A stretch of 62,715 nucleotides of DNA, the filler included, from Sandaracinaceae bacterium (lineage in GTDB: Bacteria; Myxococcota_A; Polyangia; Polyangiales; JADJQN01), in the NCBI GenBank assembly GCA_947483975.1. It is 15 parts of 15 records of this genome, joined end to end, with 100 filler letters (N's around TTAATTAATTAA, not from the genome) between each part and the next. Parts side by side here need not be neighbours in the genome. Positions count along the whole stretch, not along the records: positions 38,154 to 42,215 come from CANKOL010000435.1; positions 42,316 to 46,354 come from CANKOL010000436.1; positions 46,455 to 50,489 come from CANKOL010000437.1; positions 50,590 to 54,568 come from CANKOL010000439.1; 11 more parts are not named here. One strand, 5' to 3'. The position numbers were made by a program, and so were the translations under genes. The notes below the pieces were generated by a model. It saw only the letters and a list, made by a program, of their open reading frames with translations. It was not told where the DNA came from and did not search any database. Numbering within the stretch: position 1 is the first letter of the stretch; every line of letters starts with the position of its first letter. Below are positions 40,853-50,790 of the stretch, piece after piece.

Positions 40853-42215
40853 ATGACCTCGCTGCCCTCCGCGCAGGACCTCACCACCGCACCGGTGGTC
40901 GTCCCCCCGACCTTCGACCTCCTTCCCCTCACGCCCGACACTCGGCGCGCCATCGACGAGATGGGCTTCGTGACGCCGACGCCCGTGCAGGTCGCGGCGT
41001 TTGCGCCCGCGGTCGAGGGGCGCGACCTGATCGTGCAGGCGCAGACCGGCACCGGGAAGACGGCCGCCTTCGGCCTCCCGCTCGTCGATCGCCTCGTGCT
41101 GCCCGAGCCGCGCGTGCAGGCGCTGATCCTCGCGCCGACGCGGGAGCTCGCGCTGCAGAGCGCGCGCGAGGTCGAGCGCCTCGGCAAGCACAAGGGGCTG
41201 CGCACGGTCGCCGTCTACGGCGGCGCCCCGATGGAGCGTCAGGTCCAAGAGCTCGAGGGCGGCGCGCAGATCGTCAGCGGCACGCCGGGGCGCGTCCTCG
41301 ATCACCTCAAGCGCGGGACGCTCGACGCGCGCGGGCTCAAGGTGCTCGTGCTCGACGAGGCCGACGAGATGCTCTCGATGGGCTTCGCCAAGGAGCTTCA
41401 CGCGATCCTCGAGAAGCTCCCGAAGGACCGCCAGACCTGGTTCTTCAGCGCGACGATCGAGGCGGACGTCAAGCGCATGGCCGACCGGCACATGCGCGAC
41501 CCGCAGACCATCGCGCTCTCGAGCGACGCGGTCGGCGCCTCGCTCGTCTCGCACTTCATCTACCCGCTCAGCGGGATCGACCGGCAGGGCGACCTCAAGC
41601 GCATCCTCGAGGTCGAGGACCCCGAGAGCGCGATCATCTTCTGCAACACGAAGGTCGAGACGGAGCGCGTCGCGCAGGAGCTGCAGCAGGCGGGCTTCGA
41701 CGCCGACTGGCTCAACGGGGACCTGCCGCAGAACGAGCGCGAGAAGGTCATGCTCCGCACCCGCGAGGGGCGGCTGCGCTTCCTCGTCGCGACGGACGTC
41801 GCGGCGCGCGGCATCGACATCTCGCACCTCACGCACGTCATCAACTACTCGCTCCCGCTCGCGAGCGAGCAGTACGTCCATCGCACCGGGCGCACGGGCC
41901 GCGCGGGGCGAACCGGCACGGCGATCTCGCTCGTCGGACCGAAGGAGATCGGCGCGCTCTATTACCTGCGCCTGCAGTACAAGATCTTCCCGATCGAGCG
42001 CTCGCTGCCGTCGGTCGGAGAGCAGCGCACGCGCCTCGAGGCGGACCGCCTCACGATGATCGCGGACGTCTTCCCGGGCGAACCGGGCGAAACGGACCGC
42101 GCCCTCGCCCGCCGCATCCTCTCGCACGCCAACGCCGAGCGCTTGCTCGCGGGGCTGCTCGCGTCGTTCTTCGGCGCGCGTGGAGACGACGTGGACGAGC
42201 AAGCCGCCGCCGCCC
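40853..42215 (+). CDS. DEAD-box RNA helicase (DeaD/CsdA-like); 3' truncated
   Basis: Q motif, AQTGTGKT, PTRELA, TPGR, DEAD, SAT, ARGID, HRTGRTGR. Confidence 0.95.
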
Positions 42216-42354
42216 NNNNNNNNNNNNNNNNNNNNNNNNNNNNNNNNNNNNNNNNNNNNTTAATTAATTAANNNNNNNNNNNNNNNNNNNNNNNNNNNNN
42301 NNNNNNNNNNNNNNNGACCCCCGAAACCCCACCTAACTACCTGAAACCAATCAG

Positions 42355-42410
42355 TTGTGCGAAAGACAGGAATTGAACCTGCACGGGAGTTACCCCACTG
42401 GAACCTGAAC
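42355..42410 (-). mobile_element. 3' half of tRNA-Leu(CAG): probable att junction of an integrative element
   Basis: Minus strand GTTCAGGTTCCAGTGGGGTAACTCCCGTGCAGGTTCAATTCCTGTCTTTCGCACAA contains the anticodon loop, variable arm, T arm and acceptor 3' strand; D arm and 5' half absent; AT-rich flanks. Confidence 0.75.
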
Positions 42411-42491
42411 CGGTTTTCAGTAGTATGAAACCTAATGGTTTTCAGCACTTAGACGCGACACGGTGCGTCAATTTACGGCAGGTTGCGGCGA

Positions 42492-42513
42492 ATTCTGGTT
42501 GTATTCTGGTTGT
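42492..42513. repeat. Tandem 11-bp direct repeat, possible integrase arm-type site
   Basis: ATTCTGGTTGT twice, about 80 bp from the tRNA fragment. Confidence 0.5.
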
Positions 42514-42605
42514 ATGGGAAGGGGCTCTGGGAGTCAACGACCTGCGCAAATGAAGCCTCCTGCGCGAAGGTGCAGGAGGGGAGATTTGGATCAGGTAGGC
42601 AGCTA

Positions 42606-43796
42606 TCACCGCCTACCGCGAACACCACCCGGAACGAGCTCGATCCTCCATTGCGGCACGAACGAGCGCGACGTGATCGTCACGTTCGTGACGGCGCTCG
42701 CGTCGAACGACTTGATCTCGCCCTTCGTGCCGGACTCTGCGGCGAAGAGCAGCAGCGTCCCCGTCGTCGATCGGCGCAGCGAGTACGCCTCGACCAGGCG
42801 AGGCGTGTCCTCGTAGTCGAACGCGATGAGCAACCGGTTGTTGGCGGCGAAGCGGACCGCGTCCAGCGGGACACCAAGCCCCCAGAGGCGCATGCCGCGC
42901 GGAGACTCGAGCGCACCGTGCATTCGCGGCGGCATCGACGGCTCGACCATCACGGCGCTTGGGTCGAGCCACTCGAGGCTCTCGCCGAGCATCGCCACGA
43001 ACGTCTCGACCTCGGGCAGCGCAGGGAGCTGGTGGGCGAGCATGTCGTTCCAGTCGGCTCGCAGCGCGGCGGAGGCCTCGACGAGCTGGACGATCCCCGC
43101 ACGGCTCGGTGTCGCGATGCCCTTCGCGACGCACTTCTCGTGGAACAAGAGGCGCGTACGCGCGACGTCGAGCTCGCCCTTCCGATGCTGCCCGAGGTGC
43201 ACGACGTCGTAGAGATCGCGAGGACGCGTTCGCTCGATGAGCGCGCGACACTTCTCGGCGACGAGCTCCTCGAGCGAGTACGTCTGCACTGCGGCGGTCG
43301 GCGGCAGCTCGTCGGGATACGAGTGCAGCACCTCCTGACGTGCGAAGGGCGGAAACGTCCGTTCATGTCGCGTGAGGTCGAAGCGAACCTTGGGACCCGT
43401 CGGCATCGAGAGCGGTCCGCGGTACTCGATCGCTCCCTCGTACGTCGCGTCTCCACCCTTGTTCCTGCGGACCTTCAGGCCGACTCCGCTGCGAGGGCAC
43501 TGCACGCCGCTCAGCTCCTCGGTCGCCTCGGCGATGTCACGGAGGAGCGCGAGGACGCCCGGCTCGTCGTAGGGCGCGTCCGGCAGCAGCGAGAAGTCGA
43601 GATCCTCCGAGAATCGGAACGTCTCGAAGAAGCACTTCTTGAGGCACGTCCCGCCCTTGAACACCCACGCACTACCAGTGACCGGGTGCGCGGCGATGGC
43701 CGTGAGCATCCAGCCGAGCACGTAGTCCTTCTCGACGACCTCGGGCCGCAGCGACCACTCTTGGGCGCGGAGCAGGATTTCACGCTTGGGGATCAT
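42606..43796 (-). CDS. abiEii: AbiEii-family nucleotidyltransferase toxin with C-terminal WYL-like domain
   Basis: VEKDYVL, FKGGTCLKK, RFSEDLDF, AEK, RPRDLYD motifs; last ~90 aa IAFDYEDTPRLVEAYSLRR...LLLFA...IKSF...VTNVTITSRSF. Confidence 0.88.
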   Translation of the reverse strand: MIPKREILLRAQEWSLRPEVVEKDYVLGWMLTAIAAHPVTGSAWVFKGGTCLKKCFFETFRFSEDLDFSLLPDAPYDEPGVLALLRDIAEATEELSGVQCPRSGVGLKVRRNKGGDATYEGAIEYRGPLSMPTGPKVRFDLTRHERTFPPFARQEVLHSYPDELPPTAAVQTYSLEELVAEKCRALIERTRPRDLYDVVHLGQHRKGELDVARTRLLFHEKCVAKGIATPSRAGIVQLVEASAALRADWNDMLAHQLPALPEVETFVAMLGESLEWLDPSAVMVEPSMPPRMHGALESPRGMRLWGLGVPLDAVRFAANNRLLIAFDYEDTPRLVEAYSLRRSTTGTLLLFAAESGTKGEIKSFDASAVTNVTITSRSFVPQWRIELVPGGVRGRR

Positions 43797-44635
43797 GCGG
43801 ACGCTCTGAGGTCATCGAGCGACACGTTCACGCGGACGCCCCATCGGTTCAGGATGTGGCCTCGTTCCTCGACCGCGGGATCGAGCGCGATGACGCCCGC
43901 GCTCCGATGGGCGAGGCACTCCCGCACGAGGTCATCCGGTATCGGCGAGAGCATCTCCGCGATGTAGCCGAGCCGCTTGTACGGCGCTCCTCGATCGAAC
44001 TCCGCGAGCCGCGCGATGAGCCGCGCTGGCTTCCACGCGTCACCTCCACGATACGCGCGGACGATCTCGGCGAGGTGCCGAAACCCGCCCACCCAGCTTG
44101 GGTCGGCGAGTGCGTCCACGATCGTGAGCTCCCGGTCGGAGACGTGGACGCGAGCGGCACCGCGCCACAGCACGGCCCCTCGGGCCACGCGCTCCGAGGG
44201 AACCTTGGCGACACGGAACTCCGTCTCGGCGATCATCAACTGCCTCTCGCGAACGCTGCTCGAGGTCACGACGAACGTCGTGCGGAAGAGCTGCTCGGTC
44301 AGGCCCCAGTGATGCGCCGCCGACCAGCCGCCGACGTAGCAGGGCGCGAACGCCCGCTCGGCGAGCGCCCAGGTGTCCTCGACGACGTCACCCTCGCCGG
44401 CAGAGACGTCGAGCGGCAGCAGCCAGTAGAGTCCGCGCCGAAGTCGTCGCACCCACCCCCGTGCGACCAGTCCACGGATCCGTGCTCGCGTGCTCTCAGG
44501 CGAGGTGCCCCACGCGCGCACCGCGGTCGCGACGTCGAACACGCCCCCCGCCGCCTCCCGTGCGACAAGCGCGACCATCGAACGGGCGTCCAACGCGATA
44601 CTTGCAGTGCGCGAAGTGGTGCGTTTCGTACGCAT
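43793..44635 (-). CDS. abiEi: AbiEi-family (type IV TA) antitoxin/transcriptional regulator
   Basis: N-terminal wHTH (LVARGWVRRLRRGLY), YVGGWSAAHHWGLTEQ, SDRELTIVDAL, KRLGY; ATGA overlap with the toxin. Confidence 0.88.
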   Translation of the reverse strand: MRTKRTTSRTASIALDARSMVALVAREAAGGVFDVATAVRAWGTSPESTRARIRGLVARGWVRRLRRGLYWLLPLDVSAGEGDVVEDTWALAERAFAPCYVGGWSAAHHWGLTEQLFRTTFVVTSSSVRERQLMIAETEFRVAKVPSERVARGAVLWRGAARVHVSDRELTIVDALADPSWVGGFRHLAEIVRAYRGGDAWKPARLIARLAEFDRGAPYKRLGYIAEMLSPIPDDLVRECLAHRSAGVIALDPAVEERGHILNRWGVRVNVSLDDLRASA

Positions 44636-44755
44636 GATGCACTTGTACTATATCTCGACGCGATCTGCATCCCGCTGGACGTACGCTCGGTCGAGATGGA
44701 CGTCGGGACCAAGCCGCCCATGACGACGACGTCCTCGAGCCCGCGGTTCGCCGCT

Positions 44756-45388
44756 TCAGTACAACTCGAAGAAGGCCTCGGTCCCGATAGGGCCGATGAA
44801 CTGCTTCGCGAGCACGGCGATGGTGCCGCTGCCGAGTGGCCACGACCAGCCTCCTTTGCCCCGGTAGGTCATGCGCATGACGGCGTAGGGGCCTCCCTCG
44901 CGCACGAACTTCATCACGGGCGAGTACCGCGTCCGCGCCATGAGCTGCGTGAGGACTCGCTGGCGCGCGCTCGCGAACGGCATGAGGCCGAAGCCCGCGG
45001 GATCCTCGTACAGCTCGGGCGACGTGTCGGGCGCGTAGATCTGGATCTCGCCGTCCTCGGCCTGCGCGCGGTGGTACCGCAGGTGCCGATGGCGACCGAG
45101 CTCGGACTCGACGACGCGGAGGTCGGCCGCGGGGATCGGGTCACACCCGGGCTTGATGCGCCGCAGCGACACGACGGCGTTGATGCTCTCGGTCACCTCG
45201 AACCCCTCCGGCACGCTCGCGAGCGCACCGGCTCGGCATGTGCGGGCGAAGAAGTACCGAGGCTTGCCGGTCTTCGTCTGCCCCTCGTGCAGGTAGTAGA
45301 TGTCGCCGCGCCGGTTCGTGTACGTGAACGCGGCGGCGGAGCTCTCGGACCGCTTCGTCTTCGTCTTGCTCTTCCGGGGCTGCGCCAT
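44756..45388 (-). CDS. Hypothetical protein
   Basis: Globular ORF with YTNRRGDIYYLHEGQTKTGKPRYFF N-terminal motif; ends FFELY. Confidence 0.75.
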   Translation of the reverse strand: MAQPRKSKTKTKRSESSAAAFTYTNRRGDIYYLHEGQTKTGKPRYFFARTCRAGALASVPEGFEVTESINAVVSLRRIKPGCDPIPAADLRVVESELGRHRHLRYHRAQAEDGEIQIYAPDTSPELYEDPAGFGLMPFASARQRVLTQLMARTRYSPVMKFVREGGPYAVMRMTYRGKGGWSWPLGSGTIAVLAKQFIGPIGTEAFFELY

Positions 45389-45444
45389 CGTGGACGAAGG
45401 GTACGCCAAAGGGTCGCCTCGCAGCTTCAACGGCTTCGGCCACC

Positions 45445-45473
45445 TTGACGAAGGACTGCCCCTTGGCGATCAT
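45445..45473 (+). promoter_or_regulatory. Possible sigma70 promoter
   Basis: TTGACG-N17-GATCAT. Confidence 0.4.
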
Positions 45474-45479
45474 CCTCCA

Positions 45480-45633
45480 CGGCGACACCGACGCCGAACC
45501 CCGATGGATCCTCCCCCGCAGGATCCCTCGCTGGGGCAAAGGGGAGATGACTCCTCCGGTGATGGTGGCTCGTGCCTTTTTCGCAGCGCTACCGAGAGCG
45601 GGGGTCGAGGCAGCGTCGCGAGGAGGAACGACC
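45480..45633 (+). ncRNA. Candidate structured 5' leader RNA
   Basis: GGATCCT/AGGATCC stem (45506-45526), GGAG-ATGA-CTCC hairpin, CGCT/AGCG hairpin, CTCCTCC complementary to the downstream AGGAGG RBS. Confidence 0.4.
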
Positions 45634-46354
45634 ATGACCGCCCAGAGTGATCTGAAGAAGCTCGTCCGCGCCCGGATGGCGCGGACCGGAGAGTCGTACA
45701 CGACCGCGCGGATGATGATGCTCGGCGAGAGCGCGGAGCAGGCGAGGCCGGCAGAGGTCCCCGCGGGGCCGGTGGACGCCATCGTGTTGAAGCTGAACGA
45801 ACGCTCGGCGCGAGTGCGGATTCTCGGCGAGAGCGGTGACATGACGCTGCGCTCGGCCGACGTCCATCGGGTGCTCCCCGGTCACATCGCGACGGTGCAG
45901 CTCACCAAGCGCTGGACGTACCAAGGTGACGCCTACGCGAGCGGCGCCATCAAGAGCGCACGCCTCGACATCTCGGCGCTCGGACTCGAGCCGTTGCCGC
46001 TCGAGGCGCAAAGTGACTACGACGCAGAGGACCTGGGCGAGCCGTTCGACGACGACGCCGACCCGTACACGGCGCTCTGGCGCGAGAGCACCGCTCGCCC
46101 CCGCCCGTCGTTCAGGATGCACCCCATCGCGTGGGAAGGGCGCGAAGCGTGGGAGAGCGATGACGATGAGGCCGCACCGATCTGCGACGCCGCTGACCTC
46201 TATGACGAAGGCCACATCGCGGAGGCTCGCGAGCTCGTCATGAGCGTGCTTTGCGACGACCTCCGCTGCGTCGATGGCCACGCGCACCTCGGCAACTGGG
46301 CGTTCGACCGCGAGCCGGGCACGGCGAAGCAGCACTACGAGATCGGAATGGGCA
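45634..46354 (+). CDS. Protein with N-terminal RARMARTGESY motif, beta-rich region and TPR-like region; 3' truncated
   Basis: AGGAGGA RBS; MTAQSDLKKLVRARMARTGESYTTAR; DLRCVDGHAHLGN...AKQHYEIG. Confidence 0.75.
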
Positions 46355-46454
46355 NNNNNNNNNNNNNNNNNNNNNNNNNNNNNNNNNNNNNNNNNNNNTT
46401 AATTAATTAANNNNNNNNNNNNNNNNNNNNNNNNNNNNNNNNNNNNNNNNNNNN

Positions 46455-46549
46455 CTGAGGTGCCCGCGACGCCGGCCACGCCGACGACCCCGACGCGCCC
46501 GGCGCACGGCACGCGCCCCGCGCACGCCGCGCCCGCCACCACGCACTGA
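46455..46549 (+). CDS. Pro/Thr-rich C-terminus of the upstream gene
   Basis: EVPATPATPTTPTRPAHGTRPAHAAPATTH* in frame to TGA 46547-46549. Confidence 0.45.
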
Positions 46550-46662
46550 GCGTGTCGCTACGCTCCGAAACACGCTTCCGAACGCCGGCAAAGCTGCGAA
46601 TATCGCAGGCTCTGAATGCGCGCAGCCCCAAGCCGTCCATGGCCTCACGAGGAGATGATCGA

Positions 46663-47661
46663 ATGAGAAGACTCGCTGTTTGGGCCCTCGCCCTCGCTTT
46701 CGCCGGGATCGTAGGGAATGGCGCGACCTCCGCGCAGACGCCGCCCACCACGACCCTTTCCTTCGCGACGCTCGCGCCGCCAGGCTCGACGTGGATGCGC
46801 GTCTACGACTCTTGGGCCCGTGAGGTGCGGCGCCGCTCGAACCAGACGCTGACGCTCCGCTTCTACTCGGGCGGCGTGCAGGGCGACGAGGGCGAGGTCG
46901 TTCGCAAGATCCGCAACGGGCGCATCGATGGCGGCGGCGTCACGGCCGTCGGGCTCGGGCAGGTCTTCCGCCCGGCGCTGGTGTTCCAGATGCCCGGCAT
47001 CCTGCGCAGCTACGAGCAGCTCGACCATGCGCGCGACGGCATGCGCGCCGAGATGGACACCGGCTTTGCGGGCGCTGGCTTCAAGCTCCTCGGCTGGGCC
47101 GACGTCGGCCAGGCGCGGCTCTTCTCGACCGCTCCGATCCACGTCCCGGCGGACCTCGCGACGCGCAAGCCCTTCGCGTGGCGCGACGACTCGGTGCTGC
47201 CGATGCTGTACACGCTCGTGCACTCGAACCCGGTGCGGCTCCAGCTTCCCGAGGTGCTCGGTGCGCTCCAGACCAACCGTGTCGACACGCTCATCACGCC
47301 GCCCGTGCCGTGCGTGCAGCTTCAGTGGTGCTCGCGCCTGACGCATATGATGGACTCGCCGCTCTCGATCGTGCTCGGCGGCACCATCATGTCCAAGGCC
47401 AAGTGGGACGCGCTCACCCCGGAGAACCAGGTCATCCTGGCCGAGACCGGCGAGCAGTTCCACGCGCTCGCGCGCCGCAACCTGCGCAACGACGAGCGGA
47501 CCGCGCTCACGACCATCGCCTCACGCGGGATCATCGCGGTGCCGATCACGGCGGCCCAAAAGGCCCTCTGGGAGGCGCTCGGCGCGCAGGTGCGGCAGCG
47601 CCTCACCGGGCAGATCGCCGACGCGGCGCTCGTCGCGCGCGTCGCGACCTACGCGCACTGA
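46663..47661 (+). CDS. dctP: TRAP transporter substrate-binding protein (DctP, TatP-like)
   Basis: Signal peptide; FATLAPPGSTW, FYSGGVQGDEGEVVRKIR.G.IDG, EVLGALQT..VD, WDAL.PE.Q. Confidence 0.88.
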   Translation: MRRLAVWALALAFAGIVGNGATSAQTPPTTTLSFATLAPPGSTWMRVYDSWAREVRRRSNQTLTLRFYSGGVQGDEGEVVRKIRNGRIDGGGVTAVGLGQVFRPALVFQMPGILRSYEQLDHARDGMRAEMDTGFAGAGFKLLGWADVGQARLFSTAPIHVPADLATRKPFAWRDDSVLPMLYTLVHSNPVRLQLPEVLGALQTNRVDTLITPPVPCVQLQWCSRLTHMMDSPLSIVLGGTIMSKAKWDALTPENQVILAETGEQFHALARRNLRNDERTALTTIASRGIIAVPITAAQKALWEALGAQVRQRLTGQIADAALVARVATYAH

Positions 47662-47831
47662 GCGTTCGAAAGCAGGTGACGCGCAGCGTCATCTGAGTCG
47701 GCGGCGATTTACGCACCGATAGGGCAGCGGTTTCAGTACGATGCGCGACGCGGAGCGCCCGACACGGCTTGGCCGTCACGGGACCCGCGCCGCGCATTCG
47801 TTTTTCCGTCCCCGGAGAAAGCCTACACCCG

Positions 47832-50489
47832 ATGGCTGGAGCCGCCCCGACCGCAAAGCCCGCACCGTTCCTCAGGCCGCTCGATGTCCTCGATCGGGGC
47901 ATCCTGCTGGCGGAGAGTTCGCTCAGCGTCGTCATCGTCATCGTGATGGTGCTCGCGGCCGTGCTCGACACGATCGCAGGCGCCCTGCAGTCGATGGCGG
48001 GCATTCAGGTGACGTTCGCGCAAGGCGCGGGCGACCTGCTGATGAACGGCACGATCTGGGCTGCGTTCCTCGGCGCGAGCTTCGCGACGCGCGGACGCAG
48101 GCACCTCGCGATCGACGCGATCGGGCGACTTCTGCCAGACCGAGCGCGCCGTGTGACGGTCGCGGTCGCCGCGACGCTCGGCGCGGTCGTCGCGTTCGCG
48201 TTGGCGCGCGGCGTGTTTCAGGCGCTGACGGAGCAAGCGGCGGCGGTGACCGAGCAGGTGCGCGCGAACGTCCAAGAGGGCATCGCGGATGCGCGCGTCG
48301 ACCGCTCGTACGAGTACCACTTCGTCATCCCGTTCGGCTTCGTGCTGATCGGGCTGCGCCTGCTGCTGCACGGCTTCCACGAGTTCCTGGCGGCGTACCG
48401 CGGCGGCACGGCGCACTCGCCGATCGAGCCCGCGTCAGACTCGACGCGCGTCCATCACGCGGAGCCCGAGGACGCGACGAAGCCCGCCGACGAGGGCCCG
48501 CCCGCCGACGCGCCGCTCCCGGCCGAGCTCGAGACACGCGTCGCGCCGGTGTCCCAGGCGAACGGCGCGGAGATCATCATCGCGATGGTCGCGCTCGTCG
48601 CGGTCGTGCTCGGTGCGGCCCGGAGCACCATCGCGGCGCCGATCGCGATCGTGGTGTCCATCGCGATCCTGTCGCTCGGCATTCCGCTCGTGCTCCGCTG
48701 GCGTAACCGGGCAAATTCCAAGCAAAGCTGGCTCGCTGCGCCGGTCCCGAACACCGACAAGCCCCTCGTCGACGCCAAGCCCCTCGAGCTGCTCGTCGCC
48801 GCCGTGGGCGTGGCGATCGTGCTCGCGCTCGCGTGGTACGGCATTCTCAACATCAAGTCTGTGCCGGTCGGCGCCGGCGTCGCGTTCTTCGCGTGCATGG
48901 CCCTGATCGGCGCGCCGCTCTTCACGTTCCTCGGCGGCCTCGCGCTCTTCTTGTGGCTGCACGGCGGCGCCGACATCCCTGCGCTCAGCCTCTCGCAGGC
49001 GGTCGAAGACGTGCTCGGCTCGCACTTCGCGCGCATGAGCGCGCTGCCGACGATCCCCGTGTTCACGCTCGCTGGCTACCTGATGAGCGAGGCCAAGACG
49101 GCGCAGCGTCTCGTCCGCGTCGCGCGCGCGTTCCTCGGCACACTGCCGGGCGGCATCGCCATCGTCTGCATCGTCGCGTCGGCGCTGTTCACGGTCTTCA
49201 GCGGCGCGAGCGGCATCACCATCGTCGCCATCGGCGGGCTGCTCTTCCCCGCGCTGCTCCGCGACAAGTACCCGGAGCGCTACTCGCTCGGCCTCGTGAC
49301 CACCGGCGGCGCGCTCGGCATCACGTTCTTCCCGTGCCTGCCGCTGATCGTGTACGGCATCGTCGCCGGCCTCCAAGAGCCTGCGCCCGGTCAAGAGAAG
49401 GTCGAGATCTCGAAGCTCGCGATCGCGGGCATCGCGCCCGGCTTGCTGATCATCGTGCTGCTCGCGTTCTACGCGATCTTCATCGGCATTCGGCACAAGG
49501 TCCCGCGCTCCAAGTTCGAGATGCGCGAGGCGATGGCCGCGCTCTGGGACGCCAAGTGGGAGCTCGCGCTCCCGGCGCCGGTCTACTTCGGCCTGATCTT
49601 CGCGGGCCCCGGCGGCGCGGCTGCGTTCACGGCGTTCTACGTCCTCATCATCGAGACCTTCGTCTACAAGGACCTCTCGCTGACCAAGGATCTGCCGCGG
49701 ATCATCCCGGAGTCGATGGTCCTCGTCGGCGCGATCTTCGTGAAGATCTGCGCGGCGACCGTGCTGACGTTCTTCTTCGTGCAAGCGCAGACGGCGGACA
49801 AGCTCTTCGAGAGCCTGACCTGCGGCCCGCAAGCGCAGGCGTACCTCGCGGCGCACTCGGACTCGCTCGGCACGTGTCGGCAGGCGGTCGCGGAGCTCGC
49901 CTCGCAGCACCTCCCGGCGGGCGGCTTGATCGACTCGCCGATCACGTTCCTGCTCGCGCTGAACTTCTTCCTACTCGTCGTCGGGATGTTGATGGACATC
50001 TTCTCGGCGATCGTCGTGATCGTCCCGCTTATCAGCGGCATCGCGCTCTTCTTCGGGATCAACCCGTACCACCTCGGCATCGTCTTCCTGATCAACCTCG
50101 AGATCGGCTACCTGATGCCGCCGATGGGGCTGAACCTCTTCATCGCGGGGTTCCGCTTCAACCGCCCGGTGCCGGACCTCTACCGGGTCGTGCTGCCGTT
50201 CATCGGCATCTTCGTCGTCTGCGTCGGCATCACGACGTACTGGCCGACGCTGACGCTGTTCATGCTCCCGGGGCAAGCGGAAGGGCAGTCGTCCATGCAG
50301 CCGACGCCCGAAGGCGGGGGCACGGAGGTCGCGGCTCCGACGACCGCTGACGCGGGCGTGGCCGCGCCCGAGGGGAACTGCGACGTGCCGGGGCCGGACG
50401 AGGCGTTCGACGCGTTCGAGCGACGCTGCCCGTCCGGCGGTGGCGCCGGCGACGAGGCTGCGCCGGGCGCCGCGGCACCGAGCGGAGAC
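47832..50489 (+). CDS. dctM: Fused TRAP permease DctQ-DctM; 3' truncated
   Basis: N-terminal DctQ (FLGASFAT...RHLAID); DctM motifs IPVFTLAGYLM, FSGASG, YHLGIVFLINLEIGYLMPPMGLNLF. Confidence 0.9.
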
Positions 50490-50790
50490 NNNNNNNNNNN
50501 NNNNNNNNNNNNNNNNNNNNNNNNNNNNNNNNNTTAATTAATTAANNNNNNNNNNNNNNNNNNNNNNNNNNNNNNNNNNNNNNNNNNNNGGCTCCCGGCG
50601 CCGGCCCGCCGATTTGACCCGCGCGACGCGGCTTCGCATCATTGCGGCCGGGTGCGCTCACGTCCGCGGTGAATGGCACCGGGGCGGGGGCCGTCTGTAC
50701 GGCTCGCGGTGGGCGGCGCCGCTGGAATGAACTATTCGCGCCTGGTTCAGGCGCACGATGGGTCCGATGGACCCGAGCAGGAGGCTTCAG

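Noticed and set aside
42355..42410. Functional tRNA-Leu gene
   Set aside because: No D arm or 5' acceptor strand, the anticodon stem cannot pair, and CCA is altered; treated as an att remnant.
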